Positions 10,351 to 21,598 of a DNA stretch of 64,000 nt are shown here, piece after piece. How positions within the stretch are numbered: position 1 is the stretch's first letter; each line of letters starts with the position of its first letter. Source of the stretch: an uncultured Chloroflexia bacterium (lineage in GTDB: Bacteria; Chloroflexota; Limnocylindria; Limnocylindrales; CSP1-4); NCBI GenBank assembly GCA_963768035.1, contig CAVYGJ010000001.1, positions 1,894-65,893 of the forward strand. The letters are read 5' to 3'. Position numbers and translations under genes: made by a program. The notes under the pieces were generated by a model. It worked only from the letters and a program-made list of their open reading frames with translations. It ran no database searches and was not told the DNA's origin.

Positions 10351-11844
10351 CTACTCCGATGCGTCGCGGAGCCGCTGCACCATGAGCGCAATCGAGAGCC
10401 GCCGCCGCGACTCGGGGCCGATCGGCTCACCCAGGAGCGACTCGATCTTCTCGAGCCGGTACGCGACGGTCCGGGTCGCGAGATTGAGTCGACGCGCCGC
10501 CTCGCGCATGTTCTCGCCAGCGTCGAAGTACGCCTGGAGCGTCTCGACGAGCTCGCCGCCCATGCGCTCGTCGGCGAGGAGCGGGCCGAGCTCCTGCTGG
10601 ATCGCGGCGTCGGCGAGCGCCCGGTCGGCCAGCAGCAGTCGCTCGACGGCGAGCCGCTGCGGGTCCGGAATCCAGCCACGCAGGCCGAGCCGCCGTGCGG
10701 TGCGGGTCGCGTCGACGATGTCGGCGTACGTCGTCGCGAGCGCCGCGACGCCGTCGACAACCTCCGAGCCGACCGCGACCCAGGCCTGCGGGGCGACGGA
10801 CGGCTCGACCTTGCGCCGGCGCGACGTCGATGCCGCGGCGGCCGCAAGGCCCCCGAGGATGCTGTCGAGGACGGTCGGCACGCGCGCGAGGCCCGCCCAG
10901 TCGGCACGGGCGAGGACCGCGATCCGGCCGTGGAGCGGCAGCACCGCCGGCAGGCGGATCCCGGCGCCGACACCCTCGGCACCCGGTGCGGTCGAGCCCA
11001 GCAGGTGGCCGATCCGGCCCGCCAGCACCTCGAGCTCCTCGTCGCCGATGCCCGGCCGCTCGGGGATCGGGTCGGCCTCCGGACGCGGCGCGATCGCGAT
11101 GAGGCGGTAGCCCCCGTCGGGGTCCAGGCCGTGGCGGGTGGCGACGCGACGCAATCGGGCGGTCGTCGCGGTGTCGCTCGGGACGACCCCGAGCAGCTCC
11201 TGGAGCGCGCCCCGCCGCGCCTCGGCATCGCGGGCCACGATGTCGCGCTCGGCGGCCCGGTAGCCATCGGTGACGGCGAGGGACGTCAGCTCGTTCCACA
11301 GCATGATGTAGCGCGCGAAGTCTGCGACCGCGTCCTGCGTCAGCCGCCCAGCGCGCATCTCCGCCACGCATCGCTCCCACCAGATCCGGCGCATCACGCC
11401 ATACCGCGCGAGGAACAGGACGAGGCGCTGGCTGCCGCGCGCCGCGATCGCGCCCGAGGTCCGCTGGATCGCCACAATGTCCTCAAGGCCGAGGGAACCA
11501 GCCGCCTCGAGACGCTCGGCGGCGGCCAGCAGGTCCTCCTGCGTGGTCGCATCGAGGAGGCGCGCGGCGGGGATGGGGCCGTCGGTCGTCCGGACCCGGG
11601 CCCGCTCGGCCTCGATGGCCGCGGCGACCTCCACATCGGTCCCCGGGCGCGGCCGTCGGAGGACCGTGCCGATCAGGACGGTCGGCAGGACGGCGTCCAG
11701 CGGCTCGCCGAGCTCCTCGGCGACGGCACCGGCCAGCTCCTCGGCGGTCGGCAGCGCATCGCGGATCGCGGCCCACGTGGGGTCGGTGTCGTCCATGTGC
11801 GCATCTTGCACGCTCTGAGCAACATCGTTCGGCCGATCGCGCAC
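10351..11844 (-). CDS. PucR-family transcriptional regulator
   Basis: Intact 497-aa ORF with the C-terminal PucR HTH 'LQAYFDAGENMREAARRLNLATRTVAYRLEKIESLLG'. An alternative start at ATG 11796 is possible. Confidence 0.8.
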   Translation of the reverse strand: MRDRPNDVAQSVQDAHMDDTDPTWAAIRDALPTAEELAGAVAEELGEPLDAVLPTVLIGTVLRRPRPGTDVEVAAAIEAERARVRTTDGPIPAARLLDATTQEDLLAAAERLEAAGSLGLEDIVAIQRTSGAIAARGSQRLVLFLARYGVMRRIWWERCVAEMRAGRLTQDAVADFARYIMLWNELTSLAVTDGYRAAERDIVARDAEARRGALQELLGVVPSDTATTARLRRVATRHGLDPDGGYRLIAIAPRPEADPIPERPGIGDEELEVLAGRIGHLLGSTAPGAEGVGAGIRLPAVLPLHGRIAVLARADWAGLARVPTVLDSILGGLAAAAASTSRRRKVEPSVAPQAWVAVGSEVVDGVAALATTYADIVDATRTARRLGLRGWIPDPQRLAVERLLLADRALADAAIQQELGPLLADERMGGELVETLQAYFDAGENMREAARRLNLATRTVAYRLEKIESLLGEPIGPESRRRLSIALMVQRLRDASE

Positions 11845-12864
11845 GTGACGTGCACGATCGACGCTGCGATCTTGCCGCGAGATCGGCGTCGGCCCGCGAC
11901 TGCAGGAGGCGCCGGGACGGCGCCGTCGTCGGCGCGATCAGTGCGAGCCAACGTGGGTCGGCTGACCCTTGCGGCGATGTCCGTCCCATCCGGAGCCTTC
12001 CCGAAGAAGATCTCGACGGTGAGGCACTCGCCGCGTCAGCGCGATCCTGGCGAGCGCGTCGTTGGAGGCGCTCGCGTCAACGTCAGCGCCCGATCTGGGA
12101 GCTGGCCGTCGCGATCGCACGGGGCGCCGCCGGATACCAGGCCAGTTGCGCCGCGGAGCGCGCGGCATCCTCGGCGTCGGCCGCAACCGCGACCAGCCGT
12201 GAGCGGTCAGCCCAACTGCCAGCCGACGGCTGCTCCGTCGCGGACGCCTCCCACCGTTCCTCTGCCGAAGCTCACTGGCGAGGTGAAGGGCCGACCAAGG
12301 CAGGCTTCGGCACCGGAGACTCGCCCGTCGCTCGTCCTGGACAGCCGCGTCCAGAGGTCGAGCGGCATGCAAGTCGGACGACGCGATCGCGGTCTCAGCT
12401 GCGCCGAACGGCCATCAGACGACTTGACCGTTTGGCGACGGGCGCGTGCCGATCGGTCGCGGCAGCTGTCTCGGGTCGAACGGTGACCTTGCGCGCCGGG
12501 ATACGCAGCGCGTGTAGAACCGTCCCATACGTCGCGCGTGGAGACGATGGCCACAGGCTTGGCTCGAGCGGCCAGCGCATCAGCATCGCGGAACGCTTCG
12601 TGAGTCCGGCTGCGCGAGGCTTGTCGGACGGGGCTCGGCGGCTCAGATCATCGCGAAGGGGTTCAGGGCTGAGCGCGCGGCATCGTCTTCGTGTTCGACC
12701 CAAAGGCCGCGTGTGGGCGCATCCCGAACCACGCCGCTCGGCATCGACTCCGAACGAGTCGTGCCGGCTCATCAGTCGCTCATCGCGCCAGCGCGAGGCA
12801 AGGAGGGGGCTTGCCGCGGCGGGTCCGCGCATGCGGGCCGTTAGCCGACGATGCGGCCGGCGGC

Positions 12865-13665
12865 CTAGAGCGTGCTCGGCTTGCCCTTCGGCCAGTAGAG
12901 CTCCTTCTTCACGTGGAACTCCGGGAACTCGCGGTCCATCAGGATGGCCTCGACGTTGAGGATCATCTCGGGGTTGCCGCAGATGTAGACGACCGTCGTG
13001 TCGGGGTCCAGGCCCTGCTCGTCGCAGACCTCGGCGACGATCTGCTCCGCTCGCCCGACCTTGCCCGTCCAGCCGGCGTTGCGCGGGTCGTTGGGCCGCG
13101 AGATCGTCGGGATGTAGGTCACCTTGTAGGCCGGGTCGGCCTCCCACGCCGCGAGCTCCTCGCCGTAGCCCAGCTCGGGCGCGTATGAGCAGCCGTTGAG
13201 CAGGACGGTGCGTCGAGGCGCCCCGTGGGCCATCGTCTCGCGGATCATCGAGATGAACGGCGCGATCCCGGTTCCGGTGGACACGTAGAGGTGGGTGCGG
13301 TCGTCCTCGGGCTCGAGCATGAACTTGCCCTTGGGGCCGATCATCCGCATCCGGTGCCCGACCTCGAGCCGCCACAGCGCGGTCGTGAACCGCAGGATCG
13401 GGACGTGGCGCACGAAGAACTCGTAGCCCTCCGTGCCCGCGACGGACGGCGCCGACGCGACCGAGTAGGGGCGCTGGAGCATCTTCCCCTCGGTCATGAC
13501 CCCGGTCGTCATGTACTGCCCGCTCTCGAACGGCGTCGGCTCCCCGTCGAACTTGACCCAGAAGTAGGCCAGGTCGTCGGTCAGGTCCACGCGCTTGACG
13601 AGCGTGGAGTTGTAGACCTCCGCGTCGCTCTCGATGACGCGTGTGTCCGAGTCGTGGTGGGTCAC
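12865..13665 (-). CDS. ferredoxin-NADP+ reductase (plant-type FNR family)
   Basis: This is the C-terminal part of the 12865..16710 frame. GTG 13665 is preceded by AGGAGCGG. It has the FAD motif 'RPYSVASAP' and the NADP motif 'LYVSTGTGIAPFISM'. The rest of that 1281-aa ORF is antisense shadow of ppdK. Confidence 0.8.
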   Translation of the reverse strand: MTHHDSDTRVIESDAEVYNSTLVKRVDLTDDLAYFWVKFDGEPTPFESGQYMTTGVMTEGKMLQRPYSVASAPSVAGTEGYEFFVRHVPILRFTTALWRLEVGHRMRMIGPKGKFMLEPEDDRTHLYVSTGTGIAPFISMIRETMAHGAPRRTVLLNGCSYAPELGYGEELAAWEADPAYKVTYIPTISRPNDPRNAGWTGKVGRAEQIVAEVCDEQGLDPDTTVVYICGNPEMILNVEAILMDREFPEFHVKKELYWPKGKPSTL

Positions 13666-14043
13666 CGGTTGCCGCTCCTGCGTGCCGTGTCCGGGCCGCG
13701 GGGCATCGGCCGCGACCCGTGCTGGACCGGGCCAGTGTAGCCGCCGTGCCGGGGCGACCGGACCCCGCAGGTCACGAACCTGCCGGGCCGGTGGTGGGCG
13801 GCTGGCGGGCCGTTGTGGGGATCTGCCGGGTCCGGATGGCCCCCCGGCGGGAGCGCGAGGCCCCCACAGACGCCACGATCCGGCCGCCGCCGCTGCCGGG
13901 CCGCCCGGGCGAGCGCCGCCGCAACCTGCCCGCAACCGGGGCGTCGCCGATCGCCGTCGTACAATCTGCAGCAACCCACGCGACGCCCTGCGGGCTGCAA
14001 TTCCATGTGCGCCCGCCCTGCCAAGCCAAGGAGCCCTGCAACG

Positions 14044-16821
<2,778 letters not shown>

Positions 16822-16850
16822 CGCGTCCGGCTCTCGCCTGGGCGGGCTCG

Positions 16851-16884
16851 GGGTGATTCCAGTCCTGCGGGACTGAGATCACCC
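16851..16884 (+). terminator. stem-loop after ppdK
   Basis: GGGTGAT-TCC-AGTCC-TGCG-GGACT-GAG-ATCACCC, 30 nt after the stop codon. There is no T-tract. Confidence 0.45.
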
Positions 16885-16971
16885 TCTCCCGCCCCGGCTA
16901 CGCCGGCCGCTGCGTGACACGCCGCCGAGCCCTTCGCCGCCGGCCGTCACCCACGTCTCTAGAATTGGGGG

Positions 16972-18315
16972 GTGGTTGCGTCCCAGGCTGGCGCGAGTCC
17001 GCATCGCGTCGTGGTGATCGGCGGGGGGTTTGCGGGGCTGTATGCCGTTCGGGAGCTCGGGCGGGGGCGGGAGCTCGTCGACGTCACGCTCGTGGATCGG
17101 CGGAACCATCACCTGTTCCAGCCGTTGCTGTACCAGGTGGCGACGGGGGCGCTGTCGCCGGGTGAGATCGCGCAGCCGCTGCGGTCGATCTTTCGCAAGC
17201 AGCGCAACACGCGGGTCCTGCTCGGCGAGGCGGTGCGCATCGACCCCGAGGAGCGCGTCGTCGTGCTCTCCGACGGCGGCCCGATCCCGTACGACACCCT
17301 GGTCGTCGCGACGGGCGCCCACCACTCCTACTTCGGGCACGACGAGTGGGCGCCGTTCGCGCCCGGGCTCAAGACCATCGACGACGCCACGGAGATCCGG
17401 CGCCGGATCCTGATCGCGTTCGAGGCCGCCGAGCGCGAGGCCGATCCCGACCTCCGGCGGGCGTGGATGACGTTCGTCCTCGTGGGCGGCGGGCCGACCG
17501 GGGTGGAGCTCGCGGGCGCGCTGGGCGAGATCGCCAACGACACGCTGCGCGCGGACTTCCGCTCGATCCGGCCGCAGGACGCCCGGATCCTCCTCGTGGA
17601 GGCGCTCGACCGCATCCTCCCGACGTACCCGGCCGGCGCGTCGGCGTCCGCCCGCCGCCAGCTCGAGCGGCTCGGCGTGGACGTGCGGACGGGCACCAGG
17701 GTCGTCCACATCGACGACCGATCGGTCCGCGTGGAGACTCCCGACGGGACGGAGGAGATCCGGGCCCGGACCGTGCTGTGGGCCGCGGGCGTGCTCGCGT
17801 CGACGTTCGGCCGGACGGTGGCCGAGGCGACCGGCGCGGAGACCGACAAGAACGGGCGGATCCGGGTGGGGGACGACCTGACGATCCCGGGCCACCCCGA
17901 GATCTTCGTGCTCGGCGACGCGGCCGTGCAGCCGTGGAAGGCAGACCGACCCGTCCCCGGCGTCGCCCAGGGCGGCATCCAGCCGGGCACCTGGGCGGGC
18001 AAGACGATCCTCCGGCGCCTTCGCGGTGAGCCGATCAAGCCGTTCCGGTTCTCGAACCGCGGGGACGTCGCGGTGATCGGGCGGCTGTCGGGCGTGACCG
18101 ACATCCCGTGGCTCGGACCGTTCGGCCGCCAGAGCGGGTTCCTCGCGTGGATGCTGTGGCTCGGCATCCACATCGTCTACCTCATCGGGTTCGCGAACCG
18201 GATCGTGGTGTCGGTGCGCTGGGCCTGGTCGTTCCTGACCCGCGGCCGTTCGACGCGGCTGATCACGGGCTCGCCGCTGCTGCCGCCCATCGAGGATCCC
18301 GAGCCGCCCGCCTGA
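16972..18315 (+). CDS. ndh: type II NADH dehydrogenase (NDH-2)
   Basis: Two dinucleotide folds, 'VVVIGGGFAGL' and 'FVLVGGGPTGVELAG', plus 'HHLFQPLLYQVATG'. 447 aa, intact. Confidence 0.85.
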   Translation: MVASQAGASPHRVVVIGGGFAGLYAVRELGRGRELVDVTLVDRRNHHLFQPLLYQVATGALSPGEIAQPLRSIFRKQRNTRVLLGEAVRIDPEERVVVLSDGGPIPYDTLVVATGAHHSYFGHDEWAPFAPGLKTIDDATEIRRRILIAFEAAEREADPDLRRAWMTFVLVGGGPTGVELAGALGEIANDTLRADFRSIRPQDARILLVEALDRILPTYPAGASASARRQLERLGVDVRTGTRVVHIDDRSVRVETPDGTEEIRARTVLWAAGVLASTFGRTVAEATGAETDKNGRIRVGDDLTIPGHPEIFVLGDAAVQPWKADRPVPGVAQGGIQPGTWAGKTILRRLRGEPIKPFRFSNRGDVAVIGRLSGVTDIPWLGPFGRQSGFLAWMLWLGIHIVYLIGFANRIVVSVRWAWSFLTRGRSTRLITGSPLLPPIEDPEPPA

Positions 18316-18330
18316 GCAGCGGGGACGCGT

Positions 18331-19728
18331 TCAGCGCGCCGCGCGCACGATCGCCGCGAGACGCGCGATGCCCGGCTCGATCCGCGGCTCCGCGATCGTC
18401 CCGTACCCGAACACGAGGCCCGGGCCCGGCGCCCCGATCCAGCGCTGGCGCAGGCCGGGCACGGCGATCCCGGCGTCGCTCGCGCCCGCCACGACCGCCG
18501 TCTCGTCGGTGTCCGGCGGCAGCCACGCGAGCACGTGGAGGCCCGCCGACGCGCCGACCGGCCGGACGTCGGGGAGGTGGCGCGCCAGTGCCGCGAGCAG
18601 CTCGTCGCGCCGGGCCCGGTAGATCGGCCGCATCCGGCGCAGGAACCGGTCGAGCTCGCCGCGCTCGATGAAGTCGGCGAGGGCGAGCTGGTCGAGCGCC
18701 GCGGACCCCATGTCGGCGGCCTGCTTCGCCTCGGTGATCGGCCCGACGAGCGACGCCGGCGCGGCCAGCCAGCCGAGCCGAAGCCCGGGCGCGAGCGTCT
18801 TGGACGCGGACCCGGTGTAGATCACGTGGTCCGGCCGGAGGCCCTGGAGCGCGCCGATCGGCTCCCGGTCGTAGCGGAACTCCGCGTCGTAGTCGTCCTC
18901 GACGATGAACGCGTTGCGGCGCGCGGCCCACTCGACGAGCGCGGTCCGTCGCTCGGCGGGGAGCACGCCGCCGGTCGGGAACTGGTGGGCCGCCGTCACG
19001 ACGACGGCATCCGGGTCGCGTCGCACGAGGTCCTCGACCACGAGGCCGTGCTCGTCGACGAGGATCCCGACGGGCTCGAGCCCCGCGGCCGTGATCGACG
19101 CGCGGTACTCGGGGTCGGACGGGTCCTCGACGGCCATCGTCCGCGCGCCGCGCGCCGCGAGCGCCTCCGCGATCAGCCCGACGCCCTGCGCGAAGCCGCT
19201 GCAGATGACGACGGCCCCGGGCTGGATCGCCGTGCCGCGGACGCGGTTGAGGTACGACGCGAGCGCGATCCGCAGCTCCGGGATGCCCCGCCCGCCGAGG
19301 TAGCTGAGGCGATCCGCGGGCGCCTCGGCCATGACGTGGCGCATCGAGCGCAGCCAGGCCGCCCGCGGGAACTCCGTGACGTCGGGCCGGCCGGGACGGA
19401 AGTCGTACTCCCACGATCGGGGGTGGAGCGACTCGGGGAGGGGAGGGGCCGCCTGCACCGTGCGCGCCACCTGGGTCGTGCCGCCCGGTCGTGCCTCGAG
19501 GTATCCCTCGGCCACCAGCTGCTCGTATGCCTCCACGACGATCCCGCGCGAGACGCCAAGCTGGCCGGCGAGCGCGCGGGTCGAGGGCAGGATCGTGCCC
19601 GACGCGTAGCGGCCCTCGCGGACGCCCGACCGCAGGTTCGCCTCGAGCTGGCGGTGGAGCGGCTCCGGTGCCCGCCTGTCGAGCGCGACGAGGAGCTCGA
19701 CGTCGGAACTGGTCCTCGATCTGGTCAT
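18331..19728 (-). CDS. PdxR/MocR-type regulator (GntR wHTH fused to PLP aminotransferase-like domain)
   Basis: N-terminal 'LPSTRALAGQLGVSRGIVVEAYEQLVAEGYL' and a PLP-lysine context 'GSASKTLAPGLRLGW'. The ORF extends to 19794, but the ATG at 19728 is the likelier start. Confidence 0.8.
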   Translation of the reverse strand: MTRSRTSSDVELLVALDRRAPEPLHRQLEANLRSGVREGRYASGTILPSTRALAGQLGVSRGIVVEAYEQLVAEGYLEARPGGTTQVARTVQAAPPLPESLHPRSWEYDFRPGRPDVTEFPRAAWLRSMRHVMAEAPADRLSYLGGRGIPELRIALASYLNRVRGTAIQPGAVVICSGFAQGVGLIAEALAARGARTMAVEDPSDPEYRASITAAGLEPVGILVDEHGLVVEDLVRRDPDAVVVTAAHQFPTGGVLPAERRTALVEWAARRNAFIVEDDYDAEFRYDREPIGALQGLRPDHVIYTGSASKTLAPGLRLGWLAAPASLVGPITEAKQAADMGSAALDQLALADFIERGELDRFLRRMRPIYRARRDELLAALARHLPDVRPVGASAGLHVLAWLPPDTDETAVVAGASDAGIAVPGLRQRWIGAPGPGLVFGYGTIAEPRIEPGIARLAAIVRAAR

Positions 19729-19813
19729 CGGACCGGACCTTAGCAGAGGACCGGTCGTCCCGTCATCATGCGGATACGCACTCGCGCCCCGCACCTGCCA
19801 TGGAGGTCCTCAC

Positions 19814-19936
19814 ATGGACGGCCTGCTGCTCCTCATCCTCGCCGTCGTCCTGACGGCGATCTTCGCCAACGTCGCGTTCCTCCTGGGCGAGGACAGCCGC
19901 GACTACGGACTCCGCGACGTGAGCCTCCTCTCGTGA
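19814..19936 (+). CDS. 40-aa hydrophobic mini-ORF (hypothetical)
   Basis: GGAGG lies 6-7 nt before ATG 19814. Translation is 'MDGLLLLILAVVLTAIFANVAFLLGEDSRDYGLRDVSLLS'. Its TGA overlaps the GTG of the next gene (GTGA). It is below the ORF-track cutoff. Confidence 0.3.
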   Translation: MDGLLLLILAVVLTAIFANVAFLLGEDSRDYGLRDVSLLS

Positions 19937-20425
19937 CCGGGGTGTCCAGTCCCGCCGAGGCCGCGCAGGCCCTCGAGTCGTGGGGCGCGTTCGCGGCCGC
20001 CGAGCCAGACCTCGCCGCCACGGCGCGCCGCCTCTTCCGGCGGGGCGCGCTGGACGAGGGCCTCCTCGCGACCGTCCGCGGCGACGCGCTCCCGCGGATC
20101 AACCCCGTGATCGTCGGGTTCGTCGGGCGATCGCCTCGTCACCGTCGTGCTGGACAAGTCCGCGAAGCTCCGCGAGCTGCGCGACGACGGCCGGTTCGCG
20201 CTCCACGCGCACCAGGACCCCGCCGTCCCCAACGAGGTCGTGATCCGCGGCCGCGCGGTCGAGCTCACCGGCGACGAGCGCGCCCAGGCCATCGCCGGGT
20301 GGGCGTTCGACGTGGCCGAGGCGGACGGCGTGTTCGACCTCCGCCCCGCCCAGGTGACGCTCGGCGAGCGCGCGGACGCCGACGCCTGGCCGCCCGTCTA
20401 TCGATCCTGGCGCGCTGGGTCCTAA
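19933..20425 (+). pseudogene. pyridoxamine 5'-phosphate oxidase (PPOX)-family protein; one frame break
   Basis: '...LLATVRGDALPRINPVIVGFVG' (19768 frame) continues as 'DRLVTVVLDKSAKLRELRDDGRFALHAHQD...' (20147..20425 frame). One extra base near 20127. Length is 493 nt (3n+1). It is divergent from the PdxR-like gene. Confidence 0.6.
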
Positions 20426-21543
20426 GCGTCCCCGAACACGACGACCTGGCGCGCCGCCTGTCCGGCCCGGAGCCGGTCGAACGCGTCGTCGAGGTCCTCG
20501 AGCGGGAGCCGGCGGTCGATGAGCCGGTCGATCGGCAGGCGGCCCTGGAGGAACCACTCCGCGTAGCGCGGGAAGTCGAGCGCCGCGACCGCGGACCCGT
20601 AGTTGGAGCCGATGATCCGGCGCGCGCCGTCGACGAACGGGAAGCCCTCGAACCGGACGGTCTGCCCGAAGGGCGTCATCCCGACGAGGACCGCGGTCCC
20701 GCCCGGCGGCAGCGCGGCGATCGCCTGCTCGATCGTGACCGGCAGCCCGATCGCCTCGAACACGAAGTCCGGCCCACCGTCGCCCGCCGCCTCGCGGATG
20801 CCGTCGACCGTCTGCGCCGGGTTCGCGGGATCGGCGAGGACCCAGTGGGTGGCGCCCAGCGTGCCGGCGAGGTCGATCTTGTCGCGGTTGGTGTCCACGA
20901 CGACGATCCGCCGCGCCCCCGCGATCACGGCGCCCATGACGCACGAGAGGCCGACGCCGCCGAGGCCGATGATCGCCACGGTCGATCCCGCCGGCACGTC
21001 CGCGGTCTTGAGCACCGCGCCGACGCCCGTCGACGCGCCGCACCCGATGAGCGCCGCGACCTCGGGCGGGACCCCGTCGGGCATGGGCACGACCGCCGTC
21101 GCCGGGACGACCTGGGCCGAGGCCATCGTCCCGATCGAGCAGTAGGCGAGGACCGGCGAGCCGTCCGGGCGGGCGAGGCGGGTCGTGCCGTCCGCCTGGG
21201 CATGGTGCATCGACGGGGAGGCGGTGCAGACCCACTGGCGACCGCGCTGGCACTCGCGGCATCGCAGGCAGGGTGCGTACCAGCTGAGCGCGACCGACCG
21301 CCCGATGACGCCCGGGTCGATCCCGTCGCCCACGGCCTCGACGATGCCAGCGCCCTCGTGCCCCATGACGATGGGTCCGGGCCGCTCCCACTCGCCGTCG
21401 CGGACGTGGAGGTCGCTGTGGCACACGCCCGACGCCGTCATCCGCACGAGGACCTCGCCCGGGTGGGGGTCGTCCAGCAGCAGCGTCTCGATCGTCGGGG
21501 GCAGCCCTGCCCGCTCGATCACCGCCGCCTCGATCTCCTGCAC
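20422..21543 (-). CDS. zinc-dependent alcohol dehydrogenase family
   Basis: 'GVCHSDLHVRDGEW', 'GHEGAGIVEAVG', the structural-Zn Cys run 'CLRCRECQRGRQWVC', and 'IIGLGGVGLS'. GTG 21543 follows GAGGAGG. Confidence 0.85.
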   Translation of the reverse strand: MQEIEAAVIERAGLPPTIETLLLDDPHPGEVLVRMTASGVCHSDLHVRDGEWERPGPIVMGHEGAGIVEAVGDGIDPGVIGRSVALSWYAPCLRCRECQRGRQWVCTASPSMHHAQADGTTRLARPDGSPVLAYCSIGTMASAQVVPATAVVPMPDGVPPEVAALIGCGASTGVGAVLKTADVPAGSTVAIIGLGGVGLSCVMGAVIAGARRIVVVDTNRDKIDLAGTLGATHWVLADPANPAQTVDGIREAAGDGGPDFVFEAIGLPVTIEQAIAALPPGGTAVLVGMTPFGQTVRFEGFPFVDGARRIIGSNYGSAVAALDFPRYAEWFLQGRLPIDRLIDRRLPLEDLDDAFDRLRAGQAARQVVVFGDA

Positions 21544-21598
21544 GCCCGGCCTCCTCGTCCGCTGGTTGGTCAGGAGCATGCCCGATCCGGACGCGTCG

